Part shown: positions 55,580 through 61,308 of the stretch, one piece after another
How the letters are laid out: each line of letters opens with the position of its first letter
How positions within the stretch are numbered: position 1 is the first letter of the stretch
Origin: Verrucomicrobiota bacterium
GTDB taxonomy: Bacteria; Verrucomicrobiota; Verrucomicrobiia; Limisphaerales; UBA11358
Direction of reading: 5' to 3'
Assembly (NCBI GenBank): GCA_021324235.1
Contig: JAJPJM010000050.1
Location: 1-61,308 of the forward strand
Length of the DNA stretch: 61,308 bases
The notes under the pieces: generated by a model
What the model was told of the DNA's origin: nothing
Seen by the model: the letters and a program-made list of their open reading frames with translations, nothing else
Databases searched by the model: none
Program-made: the position numbers and the translations under genes

Positions 55580-56569
55580 CTACATAAACGGCAGAAACAT
55601 GCTAATGAGCAAATAGGCTTCGGATAAGACAATGACTCCCAGAAACAGTGCGGCGATTGGCAAGACCGAATAGAGCGCCATTTCCGTCCGATAGATTGCC
55701 CGTGATTGATATATGTCGGCGGCCCGATTGAAGCCCGATGCCAAATCCTCCCCGGCGTTTGCCACAATCCAGACAAACAATGGCGGAAACAAACGGTTCG
55801 TCGCGGCCACTTCGGAAAATTTTGTCACGCCCGAAGCGACATTTTTCCGCCATCGCTCCAAGTCCGAGGCTGCGCTGGCATTGTTTTCCAGTTTTTCCAA
55901 CAGGCCGACGGCCTCCGGAAAGCTGACGCCATTTTTTAGAAGTAAATTTAACGATGCGGCAACCCGGGAAATGCTTGCTTCCCTGAATGCAGGCAATCGC
56001 CAGCGAAATTTCTCGCGTAATACCGGGAGAAAAATAATCGCCAGTCCAAACAAGAATAAAGAGGCGAACGCAACAGGAAAAATCCAAATCCGTTCCAAAA
56101 TCGCAAGCGCTGACAGCGTCATTCTGGGAAGATGCATATACCAGCCGCCATACATGCCAAGTATGGATGGGCCGATGATGCGGAGCCAAAGAAACGAAAA
56201 CAGAGTGGAGATTAAAAAGGCGACGAATAAAACGATGAGGGGATAGACCATCAAGCCCTTCAACCGCGCCCACAGGCTGCTTTGGCGCTGAAAATAGTCC
56301 GCGAGCATGGTCAGCACACCGGGCAGATCGCCGCTCTTGACGCCGACGAGCATCATGCGTTTGTAGAGTTCAGGAAGTTGGCGGGCTTTCAGCGCCTCGG
56401 CGAGCGGCGTCCCTTTAGTGAGATCGGTTTCGAGCGCCTGCAACTCGTCACGGGTTGAGCCACGATGCATTTCCTCACAGAGCCGCCGTAACGCGCCTTC
56501 GAGTGGAATGCCGTCGCGCAACATCGCGGCGAGTTGCTGATTAAAGAAGGCAAATTCGTCGTATTTCAT
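55580..56569 (-). CDS. GspF/PilC-family platform protein, paralog 1 (compact, ComGB-sized)
   Basis: 329 aa; FFNQQLAAMLRDGIPLEGAL... and second repeat ASLNLLLKNGVSFPEAVGLL...; 3 TM segments; 4-nt overlap with the ATPase gene. Confidence 0.8.
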   Translation of the reverse strand: MKYDEFAFFNQQLAAMLRDGIPLEGALRRLCEEMHRGSTRDELQALETDLTKGTPLAEALKARQLPELYKRMMLVGVKSGDLPGVLTMLADYFQRQSSLWARLKGLMVYPLIVLFVAFLISTLFSFLWLRIIGPSILGMYGGWYMHLPRMTLSALAILERIWIFPVAFASLFLFGLAIIFLPVLREKFRWRLPAFREASISRVAASLNLLLKNGVSFPEAVGLLEKLENNASAASDLERWRKNVASGVTKFSEVAATNRLFPPLFVWIVANAGEDLASGFNRAADIYQSRAIYRTEMALYSVLPIAALFLGVIVLSEAYLLISMFLPFM

Positions 56570-57669
56570 AAGCCAAAAAGCCGTTGGAACTCCGCCTCGT
56601 TGGTCACCCCCTGTTCCACGAGTGCGCGGGCTGAGGCTTCCAAGGTTTGCATCGCAACCAGTGATGACGATTCGCGCCGCCGGACTTTTTCGCGGATGGT
56701 TTCATTCACGCGCAGCCATTCAACCAGTGGCACGCGGCCCTGGTAGCCGGTGTGCAAACAGGTTTCGCAACCCGTGCCGCCGCAGGCGGCGCAGAGTTTG
56801 CGAACGAGCCGCTGATTCAAAACCAATTCAATCGCACTCGCCACGGCGGAATGATCGGTGCACATGGTGAGCAGACGCTCGAAAACGCCACGACACGAAC
56901 CGGCGTGCAATGTTGAAATCACGAGATGCCCGGTCAGTCCGGCGCGGACCGCCAGTTGCGCGGTGGCCTCATCACGAATCTCGCCGATGATGAGGACTTG
57001 CGGGTCCTGTCGCAGCAAATGCCGCGCGGCGCGGGCAAAATCAAGGCCGATGGCCTCGTTGACCTCGGTTTGCATTGTACCGGGAACAAGCCGCTCGACC
57101 GGGTCCTCGACGGTGATGATGTGGCGTCCGCCGGGTTCGGCGAGGTGGCGAAGACAGGCATAAATCGTTGTCGTCTTGCCACTGCCGGCCGGGCCGGTGA
57201 GCAACAGCAAGCCGGCGGATAGCCGGAGAAAATGTTCGAGTTCGGAGCCGGCGGCGGCGGGCAGCGATAATTCACGGAGCGATTTCGCCGACGAGGAATT
57301 GAAAAGGCGGAGAACGATTTTTTCACCTGTTATAGTTGGATAAGTGGCGACGCGAATATCATTTTGGATTCCGAGTTCCCCGCGCGCAATGCGTCCATCC
57401 TGTGGCAACGATTCCTGATACGTTTTCAGCCGCGCCAGAAATTTAATCCGGCCAAAAACGCGTTCGGCGACGTCATGGGGAAGCTCGCTGCCAGGAACGA
57501 TGAGGCCATCAAGCCGAAAGCCGATTTCAGCGGATTTACCGCGCATTTGCAGGTGAATGTCGCTGGCTCCGGCGCGTTCGGCCTGGTGAACCATTTCCTC
57601 CAGAATCTGCGGCGCAGAGGGCACACCGTTTTTCTGCTCGTGCGACCTGCGTTGGTGAGTTTCAACCAT
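56566..57669 (-). CDS. GspE/PilB-family secretion ATPase, short form without N-terminal domains
   Basis: 367 aa; ASDIHL, Walker A GPAGSGKTT, Asp box ITVEDPVE, Walker B VLIIGEIRD, His box GHLVISTLHA, Cys cluster CAACGGTGCETC. Confidence 0.9.
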   Translation of the reverse strand: MVETHQRRSHEQKNGVPSAPQILEEMVHQAERAGASDIHLQMRGKSAEIGFRLDGLIVPGSELPHDVAERVFGRIKFLARLKTYQESLPQDGRIARGELGIQNDIRVATYPTITGEKIVLRLFNSSSAKSLRELSLPAAAGSELEHFLRLSAGLLLLTGPAGSGKTTTIYACLRHLAEPGGRHIITVEDPVERLVPGTMQTEVNEAIGLDFARAARHLLRQDPQVLIIGEIRDEATAQLAVRAGLTGHLVISTLHAGSCRGVFERLLTMCTDHSAVASAIELVLNQRLVRKLCAACGGTGCETCLHTGYQGRVPLVEWLRVNETIREKVRRRESSSLVAMQTLEASARALVEQGVTNEAEFQRLFGL

Positions 57670-57735
57670 GTCGCGGCAAGGCCAATCTAGCCACTGCCAG
57701 CTCCGAAAGCAATTCTAATCTTCAACCCGGTCAGT

Positions 57736-58344
57736 TTAGAAATAAGCCGGATTATTTCCAGCTTTCCACTTGATGTTGCAGCCGACACTGGCTTTTTGGT
57801 CTGGTAGCACCAGTTTGCCGGCCAGCACGGCATCGAGCGCAGCCCGCAAATCCTTTCCGGTCACCGGTATCCCGTTGCCCGGCCGGCTGTCGTCAAACTG
57901 GCCGCGATAAACCAGTTTGCGGTTATGGTCGAAAAGGTAAATGTCCGGCGTACAGGCGGCCCGGTAAGCCTTGGCGACGGCTTGCGATTCGTCGTAAAGA
58001 TAGGGAAAAGTGTAACCTGCGGATTTGGCTTCCAACTTCATTTTCGCGGGGCTGTCTTCGGGATAATTCGCCACATCGTTGGAGTTGATGCCCACGATGG
58101 CAACGTGCTTCGGCAGGTAGTCGCGCGCGAGCTGTGCCAGTCCGGCGCGGATGTGCTTCACATAGGGACAATGGTTGCAGATGAACAAAACCAACAATGC
58201 GGACTTGTCCTTGAAATCCGCCAGTGAAACGGCTTTCCCGTCCGGGTCCGGCAATTTGAAATCGGGTGCCGTCGTGCCGAGCGGCAGCATGGTTGAAGGG
58301 GTCAACGACATGGGCGGAATATAAGTCCAAAGTCCGAAGTTCAA
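57736..58344 (-). CDS. Thioredoxin-fold protein (AhpC/TSA-redoxin family)
   Basis: 202 aa (alternative ATG at 58311); GTTAPDFKLPDPDGKAVSL...LVLFICNHCPYVKH. Confidence 0.85.
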   Translation of the reverse strand: MNFGLWTYIPPMSLTPSTMLPLGTTAPDFKLPDPDGKAVSLADFKDKSALLVLFICNHCPYVKHIRAGLAQLARDYLPKHVAIVGINSNDVANYPEDSPAKMKLEAKSAGYTFPYLYDESQAVAKAYRAACTPDIYLFDHNRKLVYRGQFDDSRPGNGIPVTGKDLRAALDAVLAGKLVLPDQKASVGCNIKWKAGNNPAYF

Positions 58345-58407
58345 AGCCCAAATTTTTCGGGTTTATGGTTTTCGATCGGCACGGCTTGGACGAGTTGTGA
58401 AAAAGCT

Positions 58408-58435
58408 CGTAAATCGCAATTCGTAAATCGTAAAT
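58408..58435 (+). repeat. Four tandem heptads CGTAAAT CGCAATT CGTAAAT CGTAAAT upstream of a start codon
   Basis: Ends 9 nt before GTG 58445; same unit as at 1286-1306 and 1761-1788. Confidence 0.8.
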
Positions 58436-58444
58436 TCGAGGGCC

Positions 58445-58981
58445 GTGGCCAAGAACATTGTTTATTTTGATCTGGAAACGCAAAAGTCCGCCGATGAGGT
58501 GGGCGGCTGGAACCATATTTCCAAAATGGGCATGAGCATTGGCGTGACGTTCAGCACCACGCGCGGCGATTACACCATTTATGGCGAAAAACAGGTGAAC
58601 GACCTGATCACGGATCTGCAACGCGCCGACCTGGTGGTGGGGTTCAACATTTTGCGTTTCGATTACGAGGTGCTGCATGGCTACACGGCGTACGATCTGC
58701 GCCAGTTGCCGACGCTGGACATGATGGTGGAGCTGCAGAACCAATTGCAGCACCGGCTCTCCCTGGATTCGATTGCGACGGCGACGTTCGGCGTGGAGAA
58801 AACGGCGGAGGGCCTGCAGGCTATCCGCTGGTTCAAGGACGGCAAACTGGCCGAAATCGCGGAATACTGCTGCTATGATGTGAAGTTGACCAAGCTCGTT
58901 CACGAATATGGTCAACGGCACCGGCAACTTCATTACCAAAATCGTTTTGGCAAAAAAATGACCGTGCCGGTGAGCTGGTAG
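58445..58981 (+). CDS. RNase H-fold DEDD-type 3'-5' exonuclease-like protein
   Basis: 178 aa; Exo I YFDLET, Exo II GFNILRFDYEVL, Exo III YCCYDVKLT. Confidence 0.7.
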   Translation: MAKNIVYFDLETQKSADEVGGWNHISKMGMSIGVTFSTTRGDYTIYGEKQVNDLITDLQRADLVVGFNILRFDYEVLHGYTAYDLRQLPTLDMMVELQNQLQHRLSLDSIATATFGVEKTAEGLQAIRWFKDGKLAEIAEYCCYDVKLTKLVHEYGQRHRQLHYQNRFGKKMTVPVSW

Positions 58982-59116
58982 GGTGGAAATTCCGGCGACA
59001 AGTTCCCGTTGCTTTCGCGAGGACACGATTTAATCTAGGAGTGTGCTTAAGCAACGGTTCCAAATCTGCTTCGCTTTGAAGACGGAGCATGGATTTCGCC
59101 CGTTTCGCCGTGGCCG

Positions 59117-60970
59117 GTGGCGATGAGCTTTTTCTCCCCATCAGGAAACGCCGTCGGTGGCTGGCACTGGTCCCCACCCCGAATTCGTTTTCCATTTGTC
59201 AACGAACTGCGGGGCTATTCATGGGACAAGTTGCGACATGACTTGATCGCCGGCGCGACGTTGACGCTGGTTTCCATTCCCCAGGCGATTGGGTTCGCGC
59301 TGATCCTGGGGTTGCCCCCGACGCCGGTGATTCTTTCCGTGGTGGTGGGTGGCTTTGTCAGTGCGCTGTTTTTTTCATCACACCATCACGTGTTTGGGCC
59401 GACGACCTCGGTTTGTCTCATCACGGCGGCGACGCTGGTGGCCAACACCGATCTGGGTCTGCACCCGTTGCAATTGGCCGCTTACCTGGCGTTTATGATT
59501 GGCGTCGTCCAGTTTGTCGCCGGCATGTTCAATTTCGGCGAGGTGACGAAGTTCATCTCCCGGTCGGTGGTGGTGGGTTATACAACCGCCATAGGCGTGT
59601 TGTTGATTTTCAGCCAACTGCACAACGGCATGGGTTTTCAAAGCCCGGCGGGTGAAGATTTCCTGACCACACTCACCCATGTGGGCGTGGCCATCGGCCT
59701 GGGCAATTTTTCATGGTGGTCCATCGGCATTGTTGTGTTGACGCTGGCCATTTTTGAAGGCGTCAAACGCTGGCGGCCGGCCTGGCCGGAAGCGCTGCTG
59801 GGGCTGGCATTTTTGGCGATTGCCGCGCGAATTTTCGCTTATTTTCATCCCGAAATCCCATTCCATCTGGTCAAGGATGAGGGGGCATTGACCTCTGCTT
59901 TACCCACCCTCAAACATCTTCCCACCCTGCAGGATCAGTTGCCGATCGTTCGCCAGCTGGCCGGCAGTGCTGTCGCCATCGCCATCATCGGGATGCTGGA
60001 AGCCACCGCCATTACCAAAACGCTCGCCGCCCGAAGCGGCCAGCGTCTGGATCCCAACCAGGAACTCCTGGGTATGGGCGCGGGCAATATCGCGGCGGGC
60101 CTGTTTGGCGTGACACCCGGTTCCTCGTCCTTCACCCGTTCGGCGGTCAATTACCAGAGCGGCGCGGTTTCCCAGCTTTCGTCCATGCTGAGCAGCGGGG
60201 CCGTGCTGCTGATCCTGTTGTTCCTGACTCCGGTCTTCAACTATATCCCCGTGCCGGCGCTGGCCGCTCAGCTCATGCGGGTCGGTTACCGGTTGATCAA
60301 CCGTTCCCAAATCCGTGTCTCGACCCGTTCCACCCATTCGGATGCCGTGGTGTTTTTTGTGACCGTGGGGGCCGCACTTTTTCTAAAACTCGACACCGCG
60401 ATTTACGTGGGCATCGGTGTGGCGCTGGCGTTGTTTCTGCAAAAAACCAGCACGCCGTCACTCGCCGAATATACCTTCACGGAAAGCGGACAACTGGCCG
60501 AATTGCGCGATCGGAACCAGCGGACCAATCCCCAGATTTCCATCATTCACGTGGAAGGTGAACTGTTTTTCGGCGCCGCGGATTTGTTTCAGGATCAGGT
60601 CCGCCGCCAGGCCGAGGACGAAAACATCCGCGTGTTCATACTGCGCATGAAAAATGCGCGGCACCTGGACGCCACCACGGTCATGGCGCTGGAATCGCTG
60701 CATGATTACCTGCGCAAGACCGGTCGCTATCTGCTGATCAGCGGCAGCAGTCCGGACGTCACCCGCGTTCTGCGCAACAGCGGTCTGCTGAAACAAATCG
60801 GCGAAGAGAACATCTTTCCCGCCGAAATCAATCCGACGATGGCGACCAAGCGCGCCCTGGCCCGCGCCCGGGAGCTGCTGCCGCAAAAGGCCGAGGTCCG
60901 GCTGTTTTACGAACGTTCATCGGACGGTGGTTCCAGCGGCCCCAAAGATGCCGGCGATTATATGATTTAA
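59117..60970 (+). CDS. SulP-family anion transporter with C-terminal STAS domain
   Basis: 617 aa (GTG 59117 / ATG 59123); LRHDLIAGATLTLVSIPQAIGFALILG, multiple TM helices, STAS block IIHVEGELFFGAA...LRMKNARHLDATT. Confidence 0.9.
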   Translation: MAMSFFSPSGNAVGGWHWSPPRIRFPFVNELRGYSWDKLRHDLIAGATLTLVSIPQAIGFALILGLPPTPVILSVVVGGFVSALFFSSHHHVFGPTTSVCLITAATLVANTDLGLHPLQLAAYLAFMIGVVQFVAGMFNFGEVTKFISRSVVVGYTTAIGVLLIFSQLHNGMGFQSPAGEDFLTTLTHVGVAIGLGNFSWWSIGIVVLTLAIFEGVKRWRPAWPEALLGLAFLAIAARIFAYFHPEIPFHLVKDEGALTSALPTLKHLPTLQDQLPIVRQLAGSAVAIAIIGMLEATAITKTLAARSGQRLDPNQELLGMGAGNIAAGLFGVTPGSSSFTRSAVNYQSGAVSQLSSMLSSGAVLLILLFLTPVFNYIPVPALAAQLMRVGYRLINRSQIRVSTRSTHSDAVVFFVTVGAALFLKLDTAIYVGIGVALALFLQKTSTPSLAEYTFTESGQLAELRDRNQRTNPQISIIHVEGELFFGAADLFQDQVRRQAEDENIRVFILRMKNARHLDATTVMALESLHDYLRKTGRYLLISGSSPDVTRVLRNSGLLKQIGEENIFPAEINPTMATKRALARARELLPQKAEVRLFYERSSDGGSSGPKDAGDYMI

Positions 60971-61064
60971 AGCCGTTGTGTCCGGCGTTGGGCGGGGGCT
61001 TCAGTCCGCTGCCTTCAAAAATGGATTGTTCCCCGTTTCATTTCGCGGCAATCTGTGTGCTCCT

Positions 61065-61308
61065 ATGCAGCAGGTAAACCTTGGCATGATCGGCGGCGGC
61101 ACGGTGGGCAGCGGCGTTTTTCACGCCCTCCAGCTCAATGGCAGCCTGATGGCCTCGCGCATCGGGGTCAATGTGGCAGTGCGTCAAGTGGCGGTGAAGG
61201 CCTTTGACGAGGCGCGGCCTTATCCGATTCCGCGGTCGTTGATGACCACCGACTGGAAAGAAGCCGTCAATGATCCGGATGTTCACATCATCACGGAACT
61301 CGTCGGCG
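61065..61308 (+). CDS. hom: Homoserine dehydrogenase (5' part; runs off the window)
   Basis: Not in the ORF track because it has no stop; ATG 61065 gives MQQVNLGMIGGGTVGSGVFHAL...DPDVHIITELVG, the NAD-binding N-terminus typical of Hom. Confidence 0.75.
   Translation, partial: MQQVNLGMIGGGTVGSGVFHALQLNGSLMASRIGVNVAVRQVAVKAFDEARPYPIPRSLMTTDWKEAVNDPDVHIITELVG

Noticed and set aside
57923-59026. 367-aa minus-strand ORF spanning the thioredoxin-fold gene region and the exonuclease-like gene
   Set aside because: It overlaps two ORFs with clear motifs (the CxxC redoxin on the same strand in another frame, and the DEDD exonuclease on the opposite strand). Its composition is Arg-rich shadow.
1-61308. 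Search for tRNA/rRNA genes, CRISPR arrays, IS elements, integrases, toxin-antitoxin pairs and known defence-system signatures
   Set aside because: No intergenic gap exceeds about 220 bp, and none contains tRNA-like T-loop or anticodon-arm features. There are no spaced direct-repeat arrays. No ORF has transposase, integrase, reverse-transcriptase, restriction or Cas motifs.

Overview
This is a GC-rich chromosomal segment (roughly 55-60% GC by eye, not computed) with about 57 protein-coding genes. I found no rRNA, tRNA, CRISPR array, transposase or integrase. The gene content suggests a Verrucomicrobiota/PVC-group bacterium: an Amuc_1101..Amuc_1098-like pilus locus, H-X9-DG prepilin-like proteins, DUF1080, ECF-sigma plus Ser/Thr-kinase pairs, and large exported proteins ending in ...FYRV. 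Housekeeping genes recognised are rpsU, cca, acyP, coaE, glgB, an IscA-type gene, hscB, xth, serA, nth, gmhA and hom (partial at the 3' edge). Accessory content falls into five groups. (1) At 4.7-13.7 kb there are two tandem ECF-sigma/Ser-Thr-kinase modules with different periplasmic sensor domains, and the second kinase is broken by a 1-nt frameshift. (2) At 16.1-22.6 kb there is a PilM/N-like, Amuc_1100-like, Amuc_1099-like and secretin locus in which the secretin C-domain is split over two same-frame ORFs; the second ORF has its own signal peptide. (3) At 23.6-30.7 kb there is a tightly packed operon of three large exported proteins of unknown function. (4) At 49.6-57.7 kb there are two H-X9-DG prepilin-like genes and a translationally coupled 7-gene comG-like type-IV-filament operon (short GspE-type ATPase, two full-length GspF-type platform paralogs, three proteins with degenerate class-III signal peptides) with no secretin, prepilin peptidase or canonical major pilin in the operon. 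(5) There are two families of short phased intergenic repeats (7-bp CGNAAAT heptads abutting start/stop codons, and 10-bp-phased CAC[G/A]GAT arrays) and a low-GC lipoprotein gene bracketed by direct repeats. All homology calls come from reading the translations and from remembered family signatures. No searches or computations were run.
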